64,000 nucleotides of DNA from Eledone cirrhosa (Eukaryota): contig OZ024758.1 in NCBI GenBank assembly GCA_964016885.1, positions 34,286,001 to 34,350,000 of the forward strand. Direction: 5' to 3'. Within the stretch, counting starts at the first letter, position 1. The number at the start of each line of letters is the position of its first letter. Below are positions 28,000 through 40,624 of this stretch, piece after piece. Below the pieces are notes generated by a model, which searched no databases, was not told the origin of the DNA, and saw nothing but the letters and a program-made list of their open reading frames with translations. Made by a program: the position numbers and the translations under genes.

Positions 28000-30900
28000 C
28001 TCCACTGTTGGTGAGAATTCTTTTAAGTTCATGGTATTAGCTGTCAGAAGTAACTCCACTGTTGGTGAGAATTCATTTAAGTTCATGGTATTAGCTGTCA
28101 GAAGTAACTCCACTGTTGGTGAGAATTCATTTAAGTTCATGGTATTAGCTGTCAGAAGTAACTCCACTGTTGGTGAGAATTCATTTAAGTTCATGGTACT
28201 AGCTGTCAGAAGTAACTCCACTGTTGGTGAGAATTCATTTAAGTTCATGGTATTAGCTGTCAGAAGTAACTCCATTGTTGGTGAGAATTCATTTAAGTTC
28301 ATGGTATTAGCTGTCAGAAGTAACTCCACTGTTGGTGAAAATTCATTTAAGTCATGGTATTAGCTGTCAGAAGTAACTCCATTGTTGGTGAGAATTCATT
28401 TAATCATGGTACTAGCTGTCAGAAGTAACTCCCCTGTTGGTGAGAATTCATTTAAGTTCATGGTACTAGCTGTCAGAAGTAACTCCACTGTTGGTGAGAA
28501 TTCATTTAAGTTCATGGTACTAGCTGTCAGAAGTAACTCCACTGTTGGTGAGAATTCATTTAAGTTCATGGTACTAGCTGTCAGAAGTAACTCCACTGTT
28601 GGTGAGAATTCATTTAAGTTCATGGTATTAGTTTGTCAGAAGTAACTCCACTGTTGGTGAGAATTCATTTAAGTCATGGTATTAGTTGTCAGAAGTAACT
28701 CCAATGTTGGTGAGAATTCATTTAAGTCATGGTACTAGCTGTCAGAAGTAACTCCAATGTTGGTGAGAATTCATTTAAGTTCATGGTATTAGCTCTCAGA
28801 AGTAACTCCACTGTTGGTGAGAATTCATTTAAGTTCATGGTATTAGCTGTCAGAAGTAACTCCACTGTTGGTGAGAATTCATTTAAGTTCATGGTATTAG
28901 CTGTCAGAAGTAACTCCACTGTTGGTGAGAATTCATTTAAGTTCATGGTATTAGCTGTCAGAAGGAACTCCAATGTTGGTGAGAATTCATTTAAGTCATG
29001 GTACTAGCTGTCAGAAGTAACTCCACTGTTGGTGAGAATTCATTTAAGTTCATGGTATTAGCTGTCAGAAGGAACGCCACTGTTGGTGAGAATTCATTTA
29101 AGTTCATGGTATTAGCTGTCAGAAGTAACTCCACTGTTGGTGAGAATCCATTTAAGTTCATGGTACTAGCTGTTAGAAGTAACTCCAATGTTGGTGAGAA
29201 TTCATTTAAGTTCATGGTATTAGCTGTCAGAAGTAACTCCACTGTTGGTGAGAATTCATTTAAGTTCATGGTACTAGCTGTCAGAAGTAACTCCACTGTT
29301 GGTGAGAATTCATTTAAGTTCATGGTACTAGCTGTCAGAAGTAACTCCACTGTTGGTGAGAATTCATTTATGTTCATGGTACTAGCTGTGAGAAGTAACT
29401 CCAATGTTGGTGAGAATTCATTTAAGTTCATGGTATTAGCTGTCAGAAGTAACTCCACTGTTGGTGAGAATTCATTTAAGTTCATGGTACTAGCTGTCAG
29501 AAGTAACCCCAATGTTGGTGAGAATTCATTTAAGTTCATGGTATTAGCTGTCAGAAGTCACTCCAATGTTGGTGAGAATTCATTTAAGTTCGTGGTATTA
29601 GCTGTCAGAAGTAACTCCACTGTTGGTGAGAATTCATTTAAGTTCATGGTATTAGCTGTCAGAAGTAACTCCACCGTTGGTGAGAATTCATTTAAGTTCA
29701 TGCTATTAGCTGTCAGAAGTAACTCCACTGTTGGTGAGAATTCATTTAAGTTCATGGTATTAGCTGTCAGAAGGAACTCCAATGTTGGTGAGAATTCATT
29801 TAAGTCATGGTACTAGCTGTCAGAAGTAACTCCACTGTTGGTGAGAATTCATTTAAGTTCATGGTATTAGCTGTCAGAAGTAACTCCACCGTTGGTGAGA
29901 ATTCATTTAAGTTCATGGTATTAGTTGTCAGAAGTAACTCCACTGTGGGTGAGAATTCATTTAAGTTCATGGTACTAGCTGTCAGAAGTAACTCCACTGT
30001 TGGTGAGAATTCATTTAAGTTCATGGTATTAGCTGTCAGAAGTAACTCCACTGTTGGTGAGAATTCATTTAAGTTCATGGTACTAGTTGTCAGAAGTAAC
30101 TCCACTGTTGGTAAGAATTCATTTTAGTTCATGGTATTAGTTGTCAGAAGTAACTCCACTGTTGGTGAGAATTCATTTAAGTCATGGTATTAGTTGTCAG
30201 AAGTAACTCCCATGTTGGTGAGAATTCATTTAAGTTCATGGTACTAGCTGTCAGAAGTAACTCCACTGTTGGTGAGAATTCATTTAAGTTCATGGTATTA
30301 GCTGTCAGAAGTAACTCCACTGTTGGTGAGAATTCATTTAAGTCATGGTATTAGCTGTCAGAAGTAACTCCATTGTTGGTGAGAATTCATTTAAGTCATG
30401 GTACTAGCTGTCAGAAGTAACTCCAATTTTGGTGAGAATTCATTTAAGTTCATGGTATTATCTGTCAGAAGTAACTCCACTGTTGGTGAGAATTCATTTA
30501 AGTTCATGGTATTAGCTGTCAGAAGTAACTCCACTGTTGGTGAGAATTCATTTAAGTTCATGGTACTAGCTGTCAGAAGTAACTCCACTGTTGGTGAGAA
30601 TTCATTTAAGTTCATGGTATTAGCTGTCAGAAGTCACTCCAATGTTGGTGAGAATTCATTTAAGTTCATGGTATTAGCTGTCAGAAGGAACTCCAATGTT
30701 GGTGAGAATTCATTTAAGTCATGGTACTAGCTGTCAGAAGTAACTCCACTGTTGGTGAGAATTCATTTAAGTTCATGGTATTAGCTGTCAGAAGGAACGC
30801 CACTGTTGGTGAGAATTCATTTAAGTTCATGGTATTAGTTGTCAGAAGTAACTCCACTGTTGGTGAGAATTCATTTAAGTTCGTGGTATTAGCTGTCAGA

Positions 30901-33900
30901 AGTAACTCCACTGTTGGTGAGAATTCTTTTAAGTTCATGGTATTAGCTGTCAGAAGTAACTCCACTGTTGGTGAGAATTCATTTAAGTTCATGGTATTAG
31001 CTGTCAGAAGTAACTCCACTGTTGGTGAGAATTCATTTAAGTTCATGGTATTAGCTGTCAGAAGTAACTCCACTGTTGGTGAGAATTCATTTAAGTTCAT
31101 GGTATTAGCTGTCAGAAGGAACTCCAATGTTGGTGAGAATTCATTTAAGTCATGGTACTAGCTGTCAGAAGTAACTCCACTGTTGGTGAGAATTCATTTA
31201 AGTTCATGGTATTAGTTGTCAGAAGTAACTCCACTGTTGGTGAGAATTCATTTAAGTTCGTGGTATTAGCTGTCAGAAGTAACTCCACTGTTGGTGAGAA
31301 TTCTTTTAAGTTCATGGTATTAGCTGTCAGAAGTAACTCCACTGTTGGTGAGAATTCATTTAAGTTCATGGTATTAGCTGTCAGAAGTAACTCCACTGTT
31401 GGTGAGAATTCATTTAAGTTCATGGTATTAGCTGTCAGAAATAACTCCACTGTTGGTGAGAATTCATTTAAGTTCATGGTACTAGCTGTCAGAAGTAACT
31501 CCACTGTTGGTGAGAATTCATTTAAGTTCATGGTATTAGCTGTCAGAAGTAACTCCACTGTTGGTGAGAATTCATTTAAGTTCATGGTATTAGCTGTCAG
31601 AAGTAACTCCACTGTTGGTGAGAATTCATTTAAGTCATGGTATTAGCTGTCAGAAGTAACTCCATTGTTGGTGAGAATTCATTTAATCATGATACTAGCT
31701 GTCAGAAGTAACTCCCCTGTTGGTGAGAATTCATTTAAGTTCATGGTACTAGCTGTCAGAAGTAACTCCACTGTTGGTGAGAATTCATTTAAGTTCATGG
31801 TACTAGCTGTCAGAAGTAACTCCACTGTTGGTGAGAATTCATTTAAGTTCATGGTACTAGCTGTCAGAAGTAACTCCACTGTTGGTGAGAATTCATTTAA
31901 GTTCATGGTATTAGTTTGTCAGAAGTAACTCCACTGTTGGTGAGAATTCATTTAAGTCATGGTATTAGTTGTCAGAAGTAACTCCAATGTTGGTGAGAAT
32001 TCATTTAAGTCATGGTACTAGCTGTCAGAAGTAACTCCAATGTTGGTGAGAATTCATTTAAGTTCATGGTATTAGCTCTCAGAAGTAACTCCACTGTTGG
32101 TGAGAATTCATTTAAGTTCATGGTATTAGCTGTCAGAAGTAACTCCACTGTTGGTGAGAATTCATTTAAGTTCATGGTATTAGCTGTCAGAAGTAACTCC
32201 ACTGTTGGTGAGAATTCATTTAAGTTCATGGTATTAGCTGTCAGAAGGAACTCCAATGTTGGTGAGAATTCATTTAAGTCATGGTACTAGCTGTCAGAAG
32301 TAACTCCACTGTTGGTGAGAATTCATTTAAGTTCATGGTATTAGCTGTCAGAAGGAACGCCACTGTTGGTGAGAATTCATTTAAGTTCATGGTATTAGCT
32401 GTCAGAAGTAACTCCACTGTTGGTGAGAATCCATTTAAGTTCATGGTACTAGCTGTTAGAAGTAACTCCAATGTTGGTGAGAATTCATTTAAGTTCATGG
32501 TATTAGCTGTCAGAAGTAACTCCACTGTTGGTGAGAATTCATTTAAGTTCATGGTACTAGCTGTCAGAAGTAACTCCACTGTTGGTGAGAATTCATTTAA
32601 GTTCATGGTACTAGCTGTCAGAAGTAACTCCACTGTTGGTGAGAATTCATTTATGTTCATGGTACTAGCTGTGAGAAGTAACTCCAATGTTGGTGAGAAT
32701 TCATTTAAGTTCATGGTATTAGCTGTCAGAAGTAACTCCACTGTTGGTGAGAATTCATTTAAGTTCATGGTACTAGCTGTCAGAAGTAACCCCAATGTTG
32801 GTGAGAATTCATTTAAGTTCATGGTATTAGCTGTCAGAAGTCACTCCAATGTTGGTGAGAATTCATTTAAGTTCGTGGTATTAGCTGTCAGAAGTAACTC
32901 CACTGTTGGTGAGAATTCATTTAAGTTCATGGTATTAGCTGTCAGAAGTAACTCCACCGTTGGTGAGAATTCATTTAAGTTCATGCTATTAGCTGTCAGA
33001 AGTAACTCCACTGTTGGTGAGAATTCATTTAAGTTCATGGTATTAGCTGTCAGAAGGAACTCCAATGTTGGTGAGAATTCATTTAAGTCATGGTACTAGC
33101 TGTCAGAAGTAACTCCACTGTTGGTGAGAATTCATTTAAGTTCATGGTATTAGCTGTCAGAAGGAACGCCACTGTTGTTGAGAATACATTTAAGTTCATG
33201 GTATTAGTTGTCAGAAGTAACTCCACTGTGGGTGAGAATTCATTTAAGTTCATGGTACTAGCTGTCAGAAGTAACTCCACTGTTGGTGAGAATTCATTTA
33301 AGTTCATGGTATTAGCTGTCAGAAGTAACTCCACTGTTGGTGAGAATTCATTTAAGTTCATGGTACTAGTTGTCAGAAGAAACTCCACTGTTGGTAAGAA
33401 TTCATTTTAGTTCATGGTATTAGTTGTCAGAAGTAACTCCACTGTTGGTGAGAATTCATTTAAGTCATGGTATTAGTTGTCAGAAGTAACTCCCATGTTG
33501 GTGAGAATTCATTTAAGTTCATGGTACTAGCTGTCAGAAGTAACTCCACTGTTGGTGAGAATTCATTTAAGTTCATGGTATTAGCTGTCAGAAGTAACTC
33601 CACTGTTGGTGAGAATTCATTTAAGTCATGGTATTAGCTGTCAGAAGTAACTCCATTGTTGGTGAGAATTCATTTAAGTCATGGTACTAGCTGTCAGAAG
33701 TAACTCCAATTTTGGTGAGAATTCATTTAAGTTCATGGTATTAGCTGTCAGAAGTAACTCCACTGTTGGTGAGAATTCATTTAAGTTCATGGTATTAGCT
33801 GTCAGAAGTAACTCCACTGTTGGTGAGAATTCATTTAAGTTCATGGTACTAGCTGTCAGAAGTAACTCCACTGTTGGTGAGAATTCATTTAAGTTCATGG

Positions 33901-34165
33901 TATTAGCTGTCAGAAGTCACTCCAATGTTGGTGAGAATTCATTTAAGTTCATGGTATTAGCTGTCAGAAGGAACTCCAATGTTGGTGAGAATTCATTTAA
34001 GTCATGGTACTAGCTGTCAGAAGTAACTCCACTGTTGGTGAGAATTCATTTAAGTTCATGGTATTAGCTGTCAGAAGGAACGCCACTGTTGGTGAGAATT
34101 CATTTAAGTTCATGGTATTAGTTGTCAGAAGTAACTCCACTGTTGGTGAGAATTCATTTAAGTTC
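28000..34165. repeat. Duplication with offset 3283 bp (61 monomers): ~28000-30882 and ~31283-34165
   Basis: ORF starts 28382/31665, 28729/32012, 28998/32281, 29807/33090, 30398/33681 and 30721/34004 are all offset by 3283. Confidence 0.88.
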
Positions 34166-34810
34166 ATGGTACTAGCTGTCAGAAGTAACTCCACTGTTGG
34201 TGAGAATTCATTTAAGTTCATGGTATTAGCTGTCAGAAGTAACTCCACTGTTGGTGAGAATTCATTTAAGTTCATGGTACTAGTTGTCAGAAGTAACTCC
34301 ACTGTTGGTAAGAATTCATTTTAGTTCATGGTATTAGTTGTCAGAAGTAACTCCACTGTTGGTGAGAATTCATTTAAGTCATGGTATTAGTTGTCAGAAG
34401 TAACTCCCATGTTGGTGAGAATTCATTTAAGTTCATGGTACTAGCTGTCAGAAGTAACTCCACTGTTGGTGAGAATTCATTTAAGTTCATGGTATTAGCT
34501 GTCAGAAGTAACTCCACTGTTGGTGAGAATTCATTTAAGTCATGGTATTAGCTGTCAGAAGTAACTCCATTGTTGGTGAGAATTCATTTAAGTCATGGTA
34601 CTAGCTGTCAGAAGTAACTCCAATTTTGGTGAGAATTCATTTAAGTTCATGGTATTAGCTGTCAGAAGTAACTCCACTGTTGGTGAGAATTCATTTAAGT
34701 TCATGGTATTAGCTGTCAGAAGTAACTCCACTGTTGGTGAGAATTCATTTAAGTTCATGGTACTAGCTGTCAGAAGTAACTCCACTGTTGGTGAGAATTC
34801 ATTTAAGTTC
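33090..34810. repeat. Tandem duplication, offset 914 bp (17 monomers)
   Basis: ORF starts 33090/34004 and 33681/34595. The copies share CCCATG and AATTTTGG variants. Confidence 0.75.
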
Positions 34811-37800
34811 ATGGTATTAGCTGTCAGAAGTAACTCCAATGTTGGTGAGAGTTCATTTAAGTTCATGGTACTAGCTGTCAGAAGTAACTCCACTGTTGGT
34901 GAGAATTCATTTAAGTTCATGGTTTTAGCTGTCAGAAGTAACTCCACTGTTGGTGAGAATTCATTTAAGTTCATGGTACAAGCTGTCAGAAATAACTCCA
35001 CTGTTGGTGAGAATTCATTTAAGTTCATGGTATTAGTTTGTCAGAAGTAACTCCACTGTTGGTGAGAATTCATTTAAGTCATGGTATTAGTTGTCAGAAG
35101 TAACTCCAATGTTGGTGAGAATTCATTTAAGTTCATGGTATTAGCTGTCAGAAGTAACTCCAATGTTGGTGAGAGTTCATTTAAGTTCATGGTATTAGCT
35201 GTCAGAAGTAACTCCACTGTTGGTGAGAATTCATTTAAGTTCATGGTATTAGCTGTCAGAAGTAACTCCACTGTTGGTGAGAATTCATTTAAGTTCATGG
35301 TACTAGCTGTCAGAAGTAACTCCACTGTTGGTGAGAATTCATTTAAGTTCATGGTATTAGCTGTCAGAAGTAACTCCAATGTTGGTGAGAATTCATTTAA
35401 GTTCATGGTATTAGCTGTTAGAAGTAACTCCACTGTTGGTGAGAATTCATTTAAGTTCATGGTACTAGCTGTCAGAAGTAACTCCACTGTTGGTGAGAAT
35501 TCATTTAAGTTCATGGTATTAGCTGTCAGAAGTCACTCCAGTGTTGGTGAGAATTCATTTAAGTTCGTGGTATAAGCTGTCAGAAGTAACTCCACTGTTG
35601 GTGAGAATTCATTTAAGTTCATGGTATTAGCTGTCAGAAGTAACTCCACTGTTGGTGAGAATTCATTTAAGTTCATGGTATTAGCTGTCAGAAGTAACTC
35701 CACTGTTGGTGAGAATTCATTTAAGTTCATCGTATTAGCTGTCAGAAGGAACTCCAATGTTGGTGAGAATTCATTTAAGTCATGGTACTAGCTGTCAGAA
35801 GTAACTCCACTGTTGGTGAGAATTCATTTAAGTTCATGGTATTAGCTGTCAGAAGGAACTCCACTGTTGGTGAGAATTCATTTAAGTTCATGGTATTAGC
35901 TGTCAGAAGTAAGTCCACTGTTGGTGAGAATTCATTTAAGTTCATGGTACTGGTTGTCAGAAGTAACTCCACTGTTGGTAAGAATTCATTTTAGTTCATG
36001 GTATTAGTTGTCAGAAGTAACTCCACTGTTGGTGAGAATTCATTTAAGTCATGGTATTAGTTGTCAGAAGTAACTCCAATGTTGGTGAGAATTCATTTAA
36101 GTTCATGGTACTAGCTGTCAGAAGTAACTCCACTGTTGGTGAGAATTCATTTAAGTTCATGGTATTAGCTGTCAGAAGTAACTCCACTATTGGTGAGAAT
36201 TCATTTAAGTCATGGTATTAGCTGTCAGAAGTAACTCCATTGTTGGTGAGAATTCATTTAAGTCATGGTACTAGCTGTCAGAAGTAACTCCAATGTTGAT
36301 GAGAATTCATTTAAGTTCATGGTATTAGCTGTCAGAAGTAACTCCACTGTTGGTGAGAATTCATTTAAGTTCATGGTATTAGCTGTCAGAAGTAACTCCA
36401 CTGTTGGTGAGAATTCATTTAAGTTCATGGTACTAGCTGTCAGAAGTAACTCCACTGTTGGTGAGAATTCATTTAAGTTCATGGTATTAGTTTGTCAGAA
36501 GTAACTCCACTGTTGGTGAGAATTCATTTAAGTCATGGTATTAGTTGTCAGAAGTAACTCCAATGTTGGTGAGAATTCATTTAAGTTCATGGTATTAGCT
36601 GTCAGAAGTAACTCCACTGTTGGTGAGAATTCATTTAAGTTCATGGTATTAGCTGTCAGAAGTAACTCCACTGTTGGTGAGAATTCATTTAAGTCACGGT
36701 ATTAGCTGTCAGAAGTAACTCCATTGTTGGTGAGAATTCATTTAAGTCATGGTACTAGCTGTCAGAAGTAACTCCAATGTTGGTGAGAATTCATTTAAGT
36801 TCATGGTATTAGCTCTCAGAAGTAACTCCACTGTTGGTGAGAATTCATTTAAGTTCATGGTATTAGCTGTCAGAAGTAACTCCACTGTTGGTGAGAATTC
36901 ATTTAAGTTCATGGTATTAGCTATCAGAAGTAACTCCACTGTTGGTGAGAATTCATTTAAGTTCATGGTACTAGCTGTCAGAAGTAACTCCACTGTTGGT
37001 GAGAATTCATTTAAGTTCATGGTACTAGCTATCAGAAGTAACTCCACTGTTGGTGAGAATTCATTTAAGTTCATGGTACTAGCTGTCAGAAGTAACTCCA
37101 ATGTTGGTGAGAATTCATTTAAGTTCATGGTATTAGCTGTTAGAAGTAACTCCACTGTTGGTGAGAATTCATTTAAGTTCATGGTACTAGCTGTCAGAAG
37201 TAACTCCACTGTTGGTGAGAATTCATTTAAGTTCATGGTATTAGCTGTCAGAAGTCACTCCAATGTTGGTGAGAATTCATTTAAGTTCGTGGTATAAGCT
37301 GTCAGAAGTAACTCCACTGTTGGTGAGAATTCATTTAAGTTCATGGTATTAGCTGTCAGAAGTAACTCCACTGTTGGTGAGAATTCATTTAAGTTCATGG
37401 TATTAGCTGTCAGAAGTAACTCCACTGTTGGTGAGAATTCATTTAAGTTCATGGTATTAGCTGTCAGAAGGAACTCCAATGTTGGTGAGAATTCATTTAA
37501 GTCATGGTACTAGCTGTCAGAAGTAACTCCACTGTTGGTGAGAATTCATTTAAGTTCATGGTATTAGCTGTCAGAAGGAACTCCACTGTTGGTGAGAATT
37601 CATTTAAGTTCATGGTATTAGCTGTCAGAAGTAAGTCCACTGTTGGTGAGAATTCATTTAAGTTCATGGTACTGGTTGTCAGAAGTAACTCCACTGTTGG
37701 TAAGAATTCATTTTAGTTCATGGTATTAGTTGTCAGAAGTAACTCCACTGTTGGTGAGAATTCATTTAAGTCATGGTATTAGTTGTCAGAAGTAACTCCA

Positions 37801-40300
37801 ATGTTGGTGAGAATTCATTTAAGTTCATGGTACTAGCTGTCAGAAGTAACTCCACTGTTGGTGAGAATTCATTTAAGTTCATGGTATTAGCTGTCAGAAG
37901 TAACTCCACTATTGGTGAGAATTCATTTAAGTCATGGTATTAGCTGTCAGAAGTAACTCCATTGTTGGTGAGAATTCATTTAAGTCATGGTACTAGCTGT
38001 CAGAAGTAACTCCAATGTTGATGAGAATTCATTTAAGTTCATGGTATTAGCTGTCAGAAGTAACTCCACTGTTGGTGAGAATTCATTTAAGTTCATGGTA
38101 TTAGCTGTCAGAAGTAACTCCACTGTTGGTGAGAATTCATTTAAGTTCATGGTACTAGCTGTCAGAAGTAACTCCACTGTTGGTGAGAATTCATTTAAGT
38201 TCATGGTATTAGTTTGTCAGAAGTAACTCCACTGTTGGTGAGAATTCATTTAAGTCATGGTATTAGTTGTCAGAAGTAACTCCAATGTTGGTGAGAATTC
38301 ATTTAAGTTCATGGTATTAGCTGTCAGAAGTAACTCCACTGTTGGTGAGAATTCATTTAAGTTCATGGTATTAGCTGTCAGAAGTAACTCCACTGTTGGT
38401 GAGAATTCATTTAAGTCATGGTATTAGCTGTCAGAAGTAACTCCATTGTTGGTGAGAATTTATTTAAGTCATGGTACTAGCTGTCAGAAGTAACTCCAAT
38501 GTTGGTGAGAATTCATTTAAGTTCATGGTATTAGCTCTCAGAAGTAACTCCACTGTTGGTGAGAATTCATTTAAGTTCATGGTATTAGCTGCCAGAAGTA
38601 ACTCCACTGTTGGTGAGAATTCATTTAAGTTCATGGTATTAGCTATCAGAAGTAACTCCACTGTTGGTGAGAATTCATTTAAGTTCATGGTATTAGCTGT
38701 CAGAAGGAACTCCAATGTTGGTGAGAATTCATTTAAGTCATGGTACTAGCTGTCAGAAGTAACTCCACTGTTGGTGAGAATTCATTTAAGTTCATGGTAT
38801 TAGCTGTCAGAAGGAACGCCACTGTTGGTGAGAATTCATTTAAGTTCATGGTATTAGCTGTCAGAAGTAACTCCACTGTTGGTGAGAATTCATTTAAGTT
38901 CATGGTACTAGCTGTCAGAAGTAACTCCAATGTTGGTGAGAATTCATTTAAGTTTATGGTATTAGCTGTCAGAAGTAACTCCACTGTTGGTGAGAATTCA
39001 TTTAAGTTCATGGTAATAGCTGTCAGAAGGAACGCCACTGTTGGTGAGAATTCATTTAAGTTCATGGTATTAGTTGTCAGAAGTAACTCCACTGTTGGTG
39101 AGAATTCATTTAAGTTCATGGTACTAGCTGTCAGAAGTAACTCCACTGTTGGTGAGAATTCATTTAAGTTCATGGTATTAGCTGTCAGAAGTAACTCCAC
39201 TGTTGGTGAGAATTCATTTAAGTTCATGGTACTAGTTGTCAGAAGTAACTCCACTGTTGGTAAGAATTCATTTTAGTTCATGGTATTAGTTGTCAGAAGT
39301 AACTCCACTGTTGGTGAGAATTCATTTAAGTCATGGTATTAGTTGTCAGAAGTAACTCCCATGTTGGTGAGAATTCATTTAAGTTCATGGTACTAGCTGT
39401 CAGAAATAACTCCACTGTTGGTGAGAATTCATTTAAGTTCATGGTATTAGCTGTCAGAAGTAACTCCACTGTTGGTGAGAATTCATTTAAGTCATGGTAT
39501 TAGCTGTCAGAAGTAACTCCATTGTTGGTGAGAATTCATTTAAGTCATGGTACTAGCTGTCAGAAGTAACTCCAATTTTGGTGAGAATTCATTTAAGTTC
39601 ATGGTATTAGCTGTCAGAAGTAACTCCACTGTTGGTGAGAATTCATTTAAGTTCATGGTATTAGCTGTCAGAAGTAACTCCACTGTTGGTGAGAATTCAT
39701 TTAAGTTCATGGTACTAGCTGTCAGAAGTAACTCCACTGTTGGTGAGAATTCATTTAAGTTCATGGTATTAGCTGTCAGAAGTAACTCCAATGTTGGTGA
39801 GAGTTCATTTAAGTTCATGGTACTAGCTGTCAGAAGTAACTCCACTGTTGGTGAGAATTCATTTAAGTTCATGGTATTAGCTGTCAGAAGTAACTCCACT
39901 GTTGGTGAGAATTCATTTAAGTTCATGGTACAAGCTGTCAGAAATAACTCCACTGTTGGTGAGAATTCATTTAAGTTCATGGTATTAGTTTGTCAGAAGT
40001 AACTCCACTGTTGGTGAGAATTCATTTAAGTCATGGTATTAGTTGTCAGAAGTAACTCCAATGTTGGTGAGAATTCATTTAAGTTCATGGTATTAGCTGT
40101 CAGAAGTAACTCCAATGTTGGTGAGAGTTCATTTAAGTTCATGGTATTAGCTGTCAGAAGTAACTCCACTGTTGGTGAGAATTCATTTAAGTTCATGGTA
40201 TTAGCTGTCAGAAGTAACTCCACTGTTGGTGAGAATTCATTTAAGTTCATGGTACTAGCTGTCAGAAGTAACTCCACTGTTGGTGAGAATTCATTTAAGT
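34058..40300. repeat. Non-adjacent duplication, offset 4952 bp: ~34058-35350 repeated at ~39010-40300
   Basis: ORF starts 34595/39547 and 35081/40033. Private variants GAGAGTTC (twice per copy) and GTACAAG...GAAATAAC are shared. Confidence 0.85.
35405..38686. repeat. Tandem duplication, offset 1722 bp (32 monomers)
   Basis: ORF starts 35782/37504, 36265/37987 and 36749/38471. The copies share GTGGTATAAG, GTAAGTCC, ACTGGTT, ACTATT and GCTATC variants. Confidence 0.88.
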
Positions 40301-40624
40301 TCATGGTATTAGCTGTCAGAAGTAACTCCACTGTTGGTGAGAATTCATTTAAGTCATGGTATTAGCTGTCAGAAGTAACTCCATTGTTGGTGAGAATTCA
40401 TTTAAGTCATGGTACTAGCTGTCAGAAGTAACTCCAATGTTGGTGAGAATTCATTTAAGTTCATGGTACTAGCTGTCAGAAGTAACTCCACTGTTGGTGA
40501 GAATTCATTTAAGTTCATGGTACTAGCTATCAGAAGTAACTCCACTGTTGGTGAGAATTCATTTAAGTTCATGGTACTAGCTGTCAGAAGTAACTCCAAT
40601 GTTGGTGAGAATTCATTTAAGTTC

